Assembly: GCA_040954595.2 (NCBI GenBank)
Contig: CM082588.2
Coordinates: 7,610,844 to 7,674,843, forward strand
Length of the DNA: 64,000 nucleotides
Origin: Balanoglossus misakiensis
Taxonomy: Eukaryota; Animalia; Hemichordata
Reading direction: 5' to 3'
Shown: one piece after another, positions 1-15,000 of the stretch
Position numbering within the stretch: position 1 is the first letter of the stretch
Layout: every line of letters begins with the position of its first letter
Notes under the pieces: model-generated
The model's database searches: none
Told to the model about the DNA's origin: nothing
What the model saw: only the letters and a program-made list of their open reading frames with translations
Translations under genes and position numbers: made by a program

Positions 1-44
1 CGACCTGTGACCCTAGCAACGCACACATCGTGAAACTGACTTAC

Positions 45-3000
45 TTGTTAATCATGCTATTCCACAGCTGCCTGAGATCGGCCGACGGAAAGGTGACCAC
101 AAAATTGGTGGTGGGCCATCCCAGGACAAAGGACTTCTCCCGTGATTTGTTGGACTCGCAGACCTCGTCCAGGCAGCAGGCCGTCCAGAGCTCGCTCACC
201 CGTACTTTTTGCTTCAGCCGGAATGTAGTACCTGATCTGCGAAAGCGAGAAGACAAAAGCGGTGAGACGACTTCGACGAGCAGCGTCTACGTGATGCGCA
301 ACACGAAGTCCGCACCGCGAAACATCATCCCCCCCCCCACATGTAAGAAATTCAATAAACATTTAGTAAAAGAAACCCGGGTCTTGTCAATAAAAGACCA
401 TTGATCCGCACACAGAATGGGATTTGAGATGCATGTTTTAGCAGCCATTGAAGAGTGTTTCTTTGTTGATGCCAATTGTACTGGCCCTAAACAGCACCGC
501 AGTGTTGAGACGCTCTATTTCATTTCATTTACCAGACAACAATATCTGGGTCAGCTTGGACTTTTTTAACCCTATCACCCCCATTTCCCTGTATAGAGGT
601 CCAACTTTACCATAGACGACAATTGGTTTGGACCAAACCATGGTGGTGAAAAGGTACACACAAATACAACAAAGGTAATGCCAGAGTGAGTCAACTCTCT
701 GCTTGTGTCAGGTTCAAATTTTTAAAAGTAGGTTGATGACCAGTTGAAACAGAGAAATTTTGACAAAACACTTCTATATTATCAGTAATTTTTGGAGTAT
801 TTCTTTGAACCCTCATGGCAAGTTTAATTTACAGCATTTAGAATGAGAATGGATGATCAAATAAATGAAAAAAATATTGGATTGTTCACCCTTTCACCAC
901 CATGGTTCAGTCCAAACCCATTGTTTTCTATGGTAAGGTTGGACCTCTATCGATAGAACTGGGGGTGGAAGGGTTAATTGAATCCAAAGCTAACACCAAA
1001 CTGCGTGTGGAATTTACTGAGCTTGTCATCAGAAGTGATCTATTCCTGCTTTTTTGTATAATTACGTACAAAGAAGCAATATTACTTACTTGGTTTTTGC
1101 GATAAGCAAGACATCATTGAAAAGGAAGAAGTATCTGTCTTGGGCTTGCATTCCAGTGGTAAGTTGCACGGGCCCTTCCATGACATATGTCCTGTTAATC
1201 GGTTCATGAGGACTTGTCTTGTCTGTTGCACTGCAAGGAAATGTGAAGCTATAAAGATCAGTATTCATGTTTGTCTTTTACAACATTTCTCATTTTTATG
1301 CATGTTTCTTTAAATTTTTTACTTTATTTTAGACCAAATGAACATAATTTTCCAACGTCTATACGTCTTAATCAAAATTTTTGACAAAATGTCGAAAAAG
1401 TTATGAAGGTTAATTTTTTGAAAGTTGACGACAAGTTGACTTTGCCATTGAAAGGGCCATTTTTTCTGTAAAATGGCAAAGGTCTTGCTTCTCATGGTTT
1501 ACTGCCATTCCTTATCCATGGAAAGAGTATAGACTGAATTTGCTGAGGGACTGTGATCTACATTTAACCCTTTCACCACAATGGTTCAGTCCAACCCCAT
1601 TGTTTGTTGGATCCTCTAAAGAGGGAACTGGGGGTGAAAGGGTTAAACACCCGGATAACCTAATTGTGGCTACTGCAAATCTTGTTATGCTCACAATACA
1701 TAAAACACCCAATCTCGACAGGTAAATATTAGGCAATATTTAAGTTGTTTAGAAACCATTTTGCTGACGAGTATTTCCACCGAAGTATCTGAATGGAAAT
1801 GAGACCGACAACTGACGACACATGCTGTAGAAAACAATCTAAATTAAAGCTGCAAGCAGCGTTGAAGGGGCCCAAGCATAGAGTTAATAACCATTAGACT
1901 CCATTCAGGGTTGTACCATTCAAATGCGTAGGCTGTATTTGCTCTGGATGTGGAGATATGGGGAAGTAGGCAACCACCCGAAATGGATGTCTTACAAATA
2001 CAAACACAACAACCAAAGGTGAACTTCTACGTTGTAAGTACTTCAGTTACTTCAAAGGTCAGCTGAGGGTATCCAAAAATTGGGCCAAAAATTAGGATTC
2101 TTATTTGGTTCATATTCAAGACAACGGAAAATCCTCGCTGTTTGGGTTTGTCAAATTAGATATGGCCATAATAATGAGTTACGCTAGTAAGTTACAGGTA
2201 GCCCCTAAAATTTAGCATTTCATGACGCAGAGGGTCCTACCCTACCCCTCCAAACACCTGGCTATACATGATGTGCATGCTAACATATGGAAAGCAGGTC
2301 AATGGACACCTGATGTCACCCAAAAATTTGACAAAAAATGTTCATTCCTGTTTATGTCATGTGCAACAAATCCTACATTTGCAGCCCTTTCACTTTGCCT
2401 ACCATTAGGTATGCACGTAATACATGAATCAAGCAGGTGTCGCAGGTATCCCCCTGTATTTGGCATTTCATGATAGTTTCGCTCCGAATACCAAAGCTGC
2501 ACTTGTACAACGGGCTGAGATATGGCACTGTACGACAGAGGTCATCCAAATCAACTTATACATTTGGGCAAAAACAAACTGACACTTACATTCGTCCCTG
2601 TGGAACAAAAACCACACCTATTGCCCTGTTGGTTAGTGTCCAATTAAATGTACAAAATCAATGACTTAGGCAGGTGCAACAGGTGACCCCGCCTTTGGTA
2701 TATCTTTATGGTCCCATCCGTATATGCCCCCCCCCCCCCACGCCAAAGCCGCATGCATCTGCTGTGGATGCTCACTAAGCAAAAGTAGGTGAAATGTCAC
2801 ATTAGATCGCCCATAAGGCTGCATTCACAAACACCTCTTGAGGGGGGGGGGAGAATTCAATTTTTTTTACCGCTAATTTTCACATGCCCCCCGTACACAA
2901 CCCGAAAAATTTCAAATCCCCCCTTCCGAACTGCCAAAATTTTGAAACCCCCCCTCCCCATTTTCTTTCACAGAGCAAAACAGATCACCTAGTATCTATC

Positions 3001-6000
3001 TTGTAAAAAAAGAAAAACAGCGCTCCCATTTTTTAAGTATTTGTATCCTGTGTTGGGAGACATTGTAAACCGAGAATTGAAGGGAGTGGGTTTGGGAGCG
3101 TGTGCACGTAAGAAAATTTTATAAAATACAGAGCTCAAAGCTGCATTTTAATGAACCCGGCAAAGGCAAATTAACTCAACTACCGGTATGTTGGGGAGGA
3201 CAAATTTAACCGTCGACGCTCAGAGTTATCATGGGGTTGGGGCAAGTCCCCAAACCTGGGACACTAGATAAACCAATCAATGATTGAAAGGTGTTGATGA
3301 ATGGAGGGGGTGGGTGTGGGAGGGGGTGTCCCCCTCCCCATTAGAAAATTTTGTAAAATAAAGGGCGCGAAACTGCATTTTTGTGGACTCAAAATAAATA
3401 TTTAGTCGTCAAAGTTTTCAAGCCCCCCCCCTTTCAGTCCCTAAATTAGTTCAAATCCCCCCCTTACATACCCTCAATTTTTTCAAATCCCCCCCTCACT
3501 TCTCCTGCCCCCCCCCCCTCCTGAGGATTTTGTGAATGCAGCCTAACTTCACAGGAAAATCGGACTTCATATTGATCCATTTGCAACAAATACCACACTA
3601 GCATCCCTTTCATTGACCCCACAATTACGCATGCTCATAATTGAGTTACGCAGGTGTCACAGGTGACCCCCGAATCGGGCGTATTATTTTGGTCCCATAC
3701 AGCTGCATGAAGCTGCGTGCCATTACGGGCGACCTGATAACCCCCACGGCCACCTGCGGGCCGAACCCCATACTGAACGTTCAGTTGCAACGTCACGACT
3801 GAAGTAGGAAGTGTTGAACGGCAAAGAAGCCTGATCTCTGATTATTGCTGGTACCATACTCCCTTCGTGCAAGAAAATCATTGGTCTGCTGACGTATTTC
3901 GGCCACATTAGCGACTGAGGGTCAAAGTCCGCTGCCGCATTACATTGAATGTTAACCAGTGTAGCCGGGTCTAGATAGAAACATTTGAACGGCAACAGCT
4001 AACAAACTCAGCGTAATTCAATAAAACGCCCTAACACAGCCTGAACTCCGATAATGTGTTATCCCAAAATTCATTCCGTGGAAAATAATCACTGGTCTGT
4101 TTACGTATTTCAGCCGATTTTCCAAGGACTACTGCAACCCGCCAGAAGTGAGTAGCGTGCTAATGAGATCTCCACAACATTACGTAATGACGGTCAAAGT
4201 CCGATGCCCCAGTGTCCGTCCTCAGCCCACCAAAAATGCGAAAAATATTACAAAAATCTTCTTCTCAAAATCGACGTGGCCTAGGACCTTGAAATTTGGC
4301 ACACGGGATTTTGGCCACATGGTCTACAAAAATCGCGAAAAGAATGTACATTCCCCCATTAACGTGCAAATTAGGTCAATTTGAAAATTTCGCTCGATTA
4401 TAGCCACCAAGTCACGTGACTAATTACAAATTCAAAGGGCAGGTGCACTAGTACTCATGGGCCCCAATCATCGTGCCAAACTTCATAGGCGCAGGTGCCG
4501 GAATTTCAGAGAAAAACGGGAGCAAAAAAACGACTCAAGAAGAAAGAAGAAAAACTCCAGCAATAACAGAAGGGGACCAAGCGCCTGAGGGCGCTTGGTC
4601 CCCTAACTAAATTGGTAAACAGAATGTTTATTTTTACACATCTGTTGGTAGAATTAATTCATTTTCTGTCACACTGCAAAGAAACATGTCATTGAAGTCG
4701 GAATCCCATGTCCGACATTCCAAATGGGTCAAATCTTATCCTGTAATCTGTGGAATTTTGTACCGGGTAAATCCATGGGATATTTGGATATTGAGGCCAA
4801 TATCCTTTCGACTGTAGGTTTCATATGCAATGTTGGTTTTAGTCAAACAAAAGAAATAATACAGAAGAATTGATCAAACCAATTTGAGGAGATTATATGC
4901 TTATGAGTGATTTAAGCTACTTGCCTAAATACCACATGCTATGTCGCAATTACAAATAACAATTGGATTCAAAATAAATTTGATAAATTAGCTGTTGGTA
5001 AAATTTAAGACAACTGATGTTTTTGTTAAAAAAAGAAGTGACGATATCAGTCTGCTAATTAAGCTTTGGTTTTATAAGACTTTGATATCAACGCAAAAAA
5101 ATGTACAGTTACATAACTAGATTGAGATGCGACTTAATCATGATGCAATACCTAGGTGTGAGAACTGCCTATATACACTTACCTTGTAACTTTAGATTTA
5201 CTGGAAAATGTACCTCTTAGCATGTGAGATGGGGCAGAACGCCTCCTTGACTGTAAATGTTTAGATTTCTGAAAAATACAATAGAAATGAACTTTTATCA
5301 GACAGCAGAATCCAAGACATATTTTCTTTCCGTTAAAGTGACAAAGTCTCTCTCTCGCTGCCCCTTTTCATTAATAAAGTTTGATGCAAGACACTGTTTA
5401 TGTTATTCTACATGTGGATATATAGTGAATTAAAATTCGACCACACACAACTTCCATCCCACTTGTAGACACGAGAGTAAAAATCTCACCAAAATGAATA
5501 ATCGGTCTTTACCATTTATTCATTTTAGAGAGAGAAATTTTCCCTTTAATTTTTTTATTTTTTTTGCATTCACCACAAATGCTAATGGTTTCTCTTCAAA
5601 GGAAATAAAGTCTTCAATAGATAATTGAAAACAATTGTGTTTGTATTTCACTAATTGTACAGTGTACTATTTTAAGAAACACAGACATCAACCACGTAGG
5701 TCAGTGTGTAGGTAAGCGAAATTTTGCCGCAAGGAGGCCCTGTGATGATTTTAGCCAGTAGCAACTTTTCAATTCAATTTGCCTTTTGTTTTCATTGCAC
5801 TTCACGATGTCAAAGAAAACATAACGGTAGTACTACAGGAAAACTGATTTACGCGTCATTGTTTGCTGCGCTTACAAAAGTGTGTGATTAAACATTGGCA
5901 CCTACGCTATCTTGTCATCAGTGCATTCTATCCAAAAGTGCTAACCTTGCTCAGAGCATGTTTGATGCGGAAAACTTGACAATCAAAACAGCGGAGGTGA

Positions 6001-9000
6001 TTTGAGCGAAAGTCTTAATCCCGGCGATTCTGCACGCCTCTTTGTCGGTGGAGTGGTTTTTTTTTTGCGAGGGATGCTTGAAAGCACGCTGACTGATTAT
6101 TGGGTTAGGGTGTTACGTAACCCCTCCCCGGCTTAGCGGGGGGAATAAGTGCCTTTATTCGGAACAATGCCGGAAACCTTGGTCCATTCACTGGCACCAA
6201 GTCTTCTCCCACGCTGGATGGCTCTCTTTCTGTACCATCCAACAAGCATGACCTACTGTAAAACACTTTATTTTCGCGAGTCAAAATGTTCGCGATATCG
6301 AGAGAGGCCACTGCTTCGCGAGTATTAATTTTCGCGTTCTCTTATTTCATTCACTGTATTATCTTCAAAAAAAATGTACGCGACTTTTTATTTGCACGCT
6401 ATTTTGGCTCTCGCGTATTTCGCGTAAATTTATTGCTCGCAAAAATAAAGTGTTTTACAGTATCTCACTGGATTGCTATTCTACACCCCTTGCCTCGCAT
6501 CAATCACAAATCACAAAATGTTACCACGCAGATACTAACCCCCAACCGACGGAATTAAATCACACAGTCGATCCGAAACCCCTAACCCTACTCCATTATT
6601 AATGGCAATTCCAGTTGACACACGCTGAAACAATACCCTTCTATTGGAAATCATTGCCCACCATCAATAGACTCACTGGCTCACTACGACATTCACGCTA
6701 ATTTAAACATCTTTGCAAATTACTGTCCAAAAAGACAACAACAAGGCATGTAAGCTAATAGTCCCCTCACCTGGACCATGGCAGCATCTTTTTCAAACAG
6801 TTGCAAATTGTCGTGCGGGAAACGCTCTTGTACTTGTTCCAGTTTGTACTGGTTCTCAGCAACTTGGACTTCATTCTCTCTTCCTTTCACCATCTGTGAT
6901 TGTTCAGAAGAAGAAAAAAATTTAGAAATGATGAACTGGGTGTAATTGTGGTCAAAGATGAAATCACACAGACCTTTATGAGGTTTGTTATGATTACAGA
7001 ATATCAGGGAATGATCCCCAAAAGACAAATGACGGTAATGGCTTCTTTCTCCTCACGGGAACACTGTATCAGATAACAGCTCTCATGGGTCTCACAAAGA
7101 TGAATGTTTTGTTTTGTTTTGTTTTGCATTCACATGTCACAGATGATAGAATCAAGCAGATTATTCAGAACTGCACTGGGTTTTTGACATATCACTCCAG
7201 CAAAGAAATAACACTTATGATAAGGAGTGTGAAAATAGGAAGTCAAAAGATTAGAATGGTGTTGACCCATGTCTTTGATATATTTGACTATATTAATTTC
7301 TGGGATAAAAACACACTGGTATCATTTTCAAAGCTACTTTAAGTTTAACCCTTTTACCACCATGGTTCAGTCCAAACCCACTGTTTTCTATGGTAAAGTT
7401 GGACCTCTCTAGAGGGAACTGGGGGTGGAAGGGTCAAGAGAGGCAATTGCAAGCAAGACAGTGAGCTTGGCTGGGTCGTAAGTGGTCAATCGCGGCCGTC
7501 AAGGGTTGGTGTCTTTACATCGAGACTGACTGTCTTCATGTCAAGTGCTTGACCAGCTAGTCGCCTCACAAACTCAGTGTCTGCAGTCAAGATCACCTTT
7601 CTCCAAAAATAACCGCATACAGTCTCATTTTATTAACTACTTCTGTACAGTTTGCAGTCATACAATACCGACTCAAAACAATACAGAAGCAAACAGACGT
7701 GTATTTCACAGATAATTTGTCAAGATATTATATTATAGCGGCACATTTAATGTGAGTATAGAACCTTGAATCGCAGGGGTAAGCTCTAACAGACCGACAC
7801 AATACAATACACACAAGTACACATGTAATATATACATGACAACCATCAGTGATCGCACCTACACAAAGACGCACGACTCCAAGAAAACTGTCTCAGCCCA
7901 CACGCAACAAGACACCGGAATATCGCAATTCTAAGCGAGCATAAAAATAAACTAGACGTCTCGCCAGATATGTTACAATATTTTGGAAACACGACAAGTA
8001 GGCCAATTGCATCTGCAATTAAATAAAAATACAAATACTTACATTGTGTACTTTCTGCAGAGCTGGGTGTATCTCTGTACATGCAGTGCTGGATTTGGGC
8101 GTCTTGTCCAGTAGCGAGGTTAGGTACTCATCGTACTGGGGAATCCTTTGCACCTGTGAAAAGACAGCAAAATATCTGTCAGACTCTACAGTCTTTTCCA
8201 ACGTTTGGCACGATGTTTACCTGTGATTCGACAAGTACGGTACAAGTGATTGAAATCAAAACCACCAAGTGGAACCATTTCAATGAGATTCCGCGTGATG
8301 TATTAGACAGACAGCCGTCTAAATCACCACCAATTTGCACCAGATTACAGATCAATCATCCATCCCGCGGCCAACGTCTAATTTTACCTGCTGCACAGAC
8401 TGACAACTTGCCATCACTCATGGCACGACCATTACCGGTTAGAACACAGCGCGGCGGTCGACCCAGACGACATGTTGGGCCCGACTCGATCGCAGTCACA
8501 ATATCTCCTTGTCAAGGAGATGGCATGTAGCCAAGTAAATCGTACAAAAAAGAGGGTAACCGCTTTCAAATGTAAATTTATCCCTTTCGGCCAAACACAT
8601 GCAAATAACAATCATTCAGCCTGACACAATCAAACTTTACAATGCTTATTGAAAGATTTCTGTATGCTAATTAGTTGCACAACACATCTTTTATTAGGCC
8701 AGGTAAAAGTGGCGCTACTATTCTCAGGTATAAACCAAGCCAATTTTGTGAGCGGAGTTCAAAGCTATTTTTCTTTATAAGTTTTATTGTCAAACCGGCC
8801 AAATACATGTCCTTGTTTTCTGGACTTAACATCTCTCCATAAAGATACCTTTATTCACAATAGATGTGAAAAATTACTGGTAACTCTGTATTCAGGCGAA
8901 CATTTTATTACTATTCCAAAGAAGTATGTACACCCCTGCTATATATTGCAATTTGGTTTAGTCGTAGGTAATACATCTCAGGTAGTTTCCATTACAGACT

Positions 9001-12000
9001 ACAATAGGGTGGACAAGATATAGTTTAAAACTCAGTTCACAAATGACAATAAAAAGTAACAAACTGAAATAACCTTGAAATTTTCAATTTTGCTAACTGA
9101 ATAAATGATCTAGCTGCTATGTTTAAAAACAATTGACAGAAATAATGAACTGCATCAACTCACTCACACCACTATAAGGATTTAGAAACCTTTTTCAGTT
9201 TATGAAGAGGTTCCTTTCTCCATTGGAGATACAGTAATCCTCTTTCTGAAAAACTCTCTTTGTTATATCTGCAGTGGCTTAGCACTGATTTCTATAGTAG
9301 CCTGGTGTGTTCGATATACACACTGCTTGCAATGGTACCAGAGACTTGCTGGGCAAATCCTTCCCTAAGCCGAGATAAACTAAGCAACCAACAAGCTGAA
9401 TGCCGAACTGTTTTCTGCTTTTGTCAAACTCTAAACCCGACCAAGGACACAACGTTTTGTGTCAATTGTTCTCTCTTCTGGCGAGGAAGAGCTCATCTCT
9501 TTAGCAGAGAAAAAACTTATTGTTCAGTTGATCACGCCCAGTTTACAAGAGTGAGGCCATCGGGACTGTTCTTGCCTATTTCAAAATGGTATGGTCAAAG
9601 CAGACCTGTTCGTGCCCCCGTAAATAGTGGTATGGCCGAAACAAGAGGAATTGTCTCAAAGTACTGATATGTACCATTCAATCACTTAATGATATATTTA
9701 AAGGGACACGGTCTCTTTCACTGCCCTTTTTCAATTGATTATGTTTGATACAAGACACCTATATGTTATTCTACATGTACATGTGGATATATAGTGAATC
9801 AACGTTCGACCACACACAACTTCCCTCCCGCTTGTAGACACGAGAGTGAACAAACTCGCCAATATGAATAATTAGTGTTTACTATTTATTCATTTTGGGC
9901 GAGATTTTTACTCTCATATCCTACAAATGGGATGGAAGTTAAAACTGATTCATCTGTTCACTGATGCATGATGGGAGAAGTCATACCAATCTCTGACTTG
10001 TCGTTAAGAGACAAGTAAACTGTTGATCTAAAAGCTTTGACGTGCATCACTGGATAAAGGAGCTCTTTGAGCAATTACGGAATTCCAAACACTTCCATTT
10101 TGAAACAAAACTGTCTGCCTTTTACTGCAATGGAAACACTGAGGAATTTGAAGCGGTTTCGTGTTGATTTTTCACTAAATGTCACTGTCAATTTGAAGTT
10201 AAAACTTGTGAAAAACAATCATTTCTTGGACGTTTCAAAAGATCACAATGTGGTGAGACCAAACTTGGCAACAATCTCCTCGAAACCCCCCCAAAAAAAT
10301 CAATCATCAGAAAGCAGAAAACTTGGAATTGAAATGGTGTGAGGGGTTTGATCTGCTGTATAGTGTGGAACTGACATCAATACCGAAGACTGTCTTTTCG
10401 TAACATAAACTATATTATAAAGAATCCTCAATTTGTCAACTTTAAAGTTATCTCTATCTGACCTGAAAATTTTGTTCATATACTCATGACTCTGTATCAG
10501 AGCTCTATGACATTTCGGCCAATACATACAATACGTGCCTGTCTGTTGATGGTATCGCATATCTCTTCAAATAAAGACACACCTTTAATAGCAGTCCAAT
10601 TGAACTATTCTGCTATCAGAGTTTTGGCCTAATATTGGAAAATGTTGGCATTATTTCAAGACGACAGGAAATGTGAACCGTTTCATTTTGTGACGATCAC
10701 ATACTTCACTGGCTTGCGGTAGTCGCGGTAACAAGGCTGTGGATTTGCATACTGCCGCAGGAATCCAAAGAATGAATGAAGTAGATGTAGATGTACAACT
10801 GTGGCCTGCTACATGCTCCCTTGCCTCCCAAACAGTGACCTCTGACCCCACACATTGGCTAAATCAACACTACTGGCTACTACCAACGTCACACTGGAAC
10901 AAGTCAAACAGAATTCGAGAAAGGCTTTGTTTTCTATTGTCTGAGTTGCGTTTGTACAATTGTCTGGTCAGATGACAGGCCGATTTCAACACTTAGAATC
11001 CGGTATTGTAGTCTGAAGTTGAAACTTCCGTTGTCGTTTCATGGTCCTCTCCTCACTGAAGTTCGCACTTTTCCGACCGGATTTCTTGAGTACATATTTG
11101 TCATTCTCTGTATAGAGCTCAATCTGAGACGTGAGGAATTACATCCACATGAATCAAACACACCTTTCACTGTACACTACACGGTCCTTAAAATACCAAA
11201 ACCCAGAATGAAAACTTCCAAATTAACAGAAGTTACACTCAATTGATCACATTTGAAACAGTTTGTAAGAAAACCTACATGTATCTTTCATCATAAAAAC
11301 TTATTTCAAAAGTAGAAAAAGGGTACCGTAATTTCATTTTTAAAAGGTTGATCTATCAGACAGCTCTTGTGAAAAAAAACCCACCAGTTTTCAGGATCTC
11401 AATAAATTTACCTGTAGAACAGTTCAATTTTCATCATGGATACACAATTATTTGAACATTGTTTCACTTCAAAGTATCCTTGCATCAGCTTAGTGCATAC
11501 AAAGTTGGCGCACCTTATCTGAAGTCATAAATTTTGTCTTTTTTTTTTGCCGGCCGCTGCGGTCTGCAAATGGAATGCACGTGTCGAGACAGCAGGATGA
11601 TTAGTGAGTTATTCATCAAATAGGTTTAACCTTGCTGATGGCGTAGCCGCAAACTTGAAAACGTTCCGCCTGACGAACAATGGTATAATCACTCCACATG
11701 TCCCTAGTTTGATTTATACCGTCCCAACCACTGCCCTCAAAAACCGACATTTCAATATACTCTTCCAGTTCAAGATTAATTTGTTTAGAAGTCTAGTTTC
11801 ACATTTTCCAAGCGGGCGTTTTTGTAACTTTGATCTTTGGAGACTTGATTCCAAGCATAAATAATCTCCCTGGCAATTAGATATTAATTAAAATTCATAC
11901 TCCAACTTAAACATGTTGTTTACGTCCCTGTGATCTGTATTTTCCCCTACAAATGTGTGTAACTGAATGAAATAAAGATGAATCCATTGACAGTTTTCTG

Positions 12001-15000
12001 AGAAATTTGAATTATGGATACCCCAGACAACCTTTTCAGATGGCAACAAGACGCGTGAAAACTGTCTGGCGATTCTTTGCATTCTATGGCTTCACCAACA
12101 TCAATTCAACATATGGTTGCATGCAGATTATAGTACTTGAGTGTAATTTATACTCAAAACACATTTTTTTCAGTTTTATGAAACTTTGCGAAATAAAAAC
12201 CACTTTTTATACTAAGAATTACAACAATATGTTTTTAAAGCATCAAGATTTAGTAAAAAGACTACGTCTTGAAGAAAAAATGGGGATAGTGCAGTTTCCC
12301 CCCAAAATCTGCGGTGAGTTTTTAAAGCAGCCAGTCCAGCATCTGATAATCAGTGCAGGTATGTAAACAATGCAGTTTACTGTGCACAAACACATCAACA
12401 TCAATAAAGACAGCCTAACAGTCAAGCTTGAGTGGCGTTCATGAATTTGCAGACCAAACTTCTCTGACACATGCACACTTCTGATCGTCCGTCAGAACCA
12501 CCCTCTTTCACAAAAGCAAAGCTGTAAAACTGTCAGTCCAGGTCGTTCGCATAACGTGTAAAAATAAACACGCCGCTTTTAGTTCACAATATTCGCCGGG
12601 ACAAACACCGAACTTGAACAGAACTACGCAAAACCAAACCTTGACTTCCGTGAACTTGGCATTCACCTGGACGGCGCACAAAAAAATGACTGCGTCACGG
12701 CGTCGCTACAAAAGACGACGCTATAGAAAATCGGCACGGAAACAGCAACAGTAGCGACAGCAAAACTTGAGACTCCTGTGTACGAACGAACAATCATGCG
12801 TTGTTTACTTGCGGTTAGCAAACCACTTTTAGCCAGTCTTTCACACTGTATCTTTGGACAAACATATAACACTACTTTTACAATGTTACCTTGTTTGGGG
12901 TTCAATTATGACTTTTATCAGCTGGTTAGATCATGCTAATTAACTTGTATCACAACTGTAGTACATTTCATGCCGTGTGAAACTTCACAATAATTACCGG
13001 TATCCTCAGATTTTTTTCGAAAGAAAATCTTTGAAGTTTGTTTATTTACTTATTTACAGCAACAGATCCATCAAATAAACACAGATTCCCATGACTTGAA
13101 AGATTGTTTTACTTACACATTCAATTTTATGTACGGACATATATTCTGAGCCCTGGACTGTGTTTCAAATGCGTTGTTGCGGCAAAATCTAATGCAGTGA
13201 AATTGGGTCAATTCTAACAAAAAAAAAAGTTCACCTGAACTTCCACACAGATATACATGCCTATTTCAGATTTGTTCAATTTTTGACTGGATTTTAAAAA
13301 GCTACTAACAGTAAACTTCACCATAAACGCCAATGATATTATACGTAATTTCTTCATAAATAAAATAATTTCAACCTCTCTGTTCTTGAGATAGAAGTCA
13401 GCGTTCAACACAAATCTCAAAGCAGGTCCTTGTGACCATGTGATATTTATGTATGTCTATGCATGGAAACTTGACTAGCCAGTTGCCTCTTATTACTTTA
13501 ACACAATACTGAAGCGGTCTCGACAAATCCTTTAAATGTCCAATGGCCATTTTTGATCAATGCAGACAATACCTCAATAACATTGTAAATGTGATCAAAC
13601 ACAAGACATGATGGGCTAATCAATAAGACTACTATAAAAGACGATGTTTGACGGTCTTTCATGAAATATCAAGTACCAGACTATCGATAACTAAACAAAT
13701 CATGGCAACATTTATGTCCTATCATTCTTATTACGGTAGGATTAGAACTTAAAAGATCGGAACAAAAAAGTTTAGACTGGTCCCGGAATTTAACAGAATC
13801 ACAAGTCGTAAAACATACCTTGGTGTTGGACTGCCCAAGAATTCCTCCGATGCTACTATGAATTTCCCGCATATCCACAGTCCGGGTCTTTCCACACTTT
13901 CAAACCGTGTGTGGTCACTTGGCAATACTGCCTATATATATATGTGACCGGGGTAACTGTGTGTGCGTCACGTATCAAGACTGACGTTAATCTGATAAAC
14001 TGGATAAAAAGTCGACCGTAGCAGAATATGCTACTGCCTAGTAGTGGTACACCTGTCTTGCAAATGCACCAAATGTTTTTTTAGATTCCCGTGGCAAAGA
14101 ACGTCAATGGTGTCGTTACTCTACGTTGGTTAATACTCGCGACGACTACCTGAGCTCCACTGTAAACATAACTGGCTCAAACGTTTCTGTCCACTTGGGG
14201 TTTTGCCGTCTGCCTGATAACTAGTTCTAAAGAACCAAAGGTTACCACCCACTCATATTTTGTCTCAATAGATATCCGGCCTATCCCAACAGTCCACTCT
14301 GTCACATGTGATTTCTCCGGCACCAACCATTCTCGAGGAACCACTCCCCTTCTGTGCCGCGGGGAATTCTTACACAAATGGCGACCTATTGCCATGCAAA
14401 TACCACAGGTATGCAAATATACTCCAATTGATATGTAAATTTCAACGCTCATGAATATGCGGCGGTCCGTCAGATATGCAAATACGCCCCCCAATCCGTG
14501 TCCATGAGTTTGCATAACTTCATGCACGGACTATTCAGTCGAACACACTGCAATAATTTGATACTGTTGTACTCTCAGCACACCTTCAGTTCAATATTAG
14601 TGTCTGGCACTGTTTGGCCAACAACCTGTAATAACAAAGTTTGAGGGTTCTTTGCAGTCACAAAGAGAACTATGTCCCGATGGAGACTTGCTGCCCCATT
14701 TCATGTTTACCGTTCAGAAATAACTATTCAATTTTTTGACAGGGGGACCCACAGGTAGTCTGAAGAGAGCAGTGCCCTTAAATCGCCACCATTTTAGGAT
14801 TCCATTGTTCCATAGGAATATGTGTAATGAAAGTTGGGGCTGTAATTAACAATAACACCTAACCATTATCTTATGATCTTCCTTTGTGAGCTTAATTATG
14901 GTGTCTTAATCACCTTTTAAATCTTAATTTATTGTACACTTTCTGAAAGAATATAGTAGCCATAAAATTGAAAAGACTTATATCACTTTGGTTTCACAGA

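Noticed and set aside
30-404. 124-aa plus-strand ORF, and other antisense ORFs such as 44100-44477 and 61196-61589
   Set aside because: Antisense or alternative-frame shadows of real coding exons.
8154-8220. Longer 5' extension of the VQRIP exon using the AG at 8222-8221
   Set aside because: It introduces an in-frame TAA. The acceptor before 8153 has a proper polypyrimidine tract and the correct phase.
10705-10851. Further candidate alternative first exon (donor GAA|GTATGT, phase 0)
   Set aside because: No in-frame ATG (the ORF opens at GTG). It could be non-coding but cannot be supported from sequence alone.
14177-14527. 116-aa intronic ORF; similarly 9260-9667, 12007-12366 and 15828-16154
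   Set aside because: No recognisable domain, non-ATG starts, and no coherent splice context.
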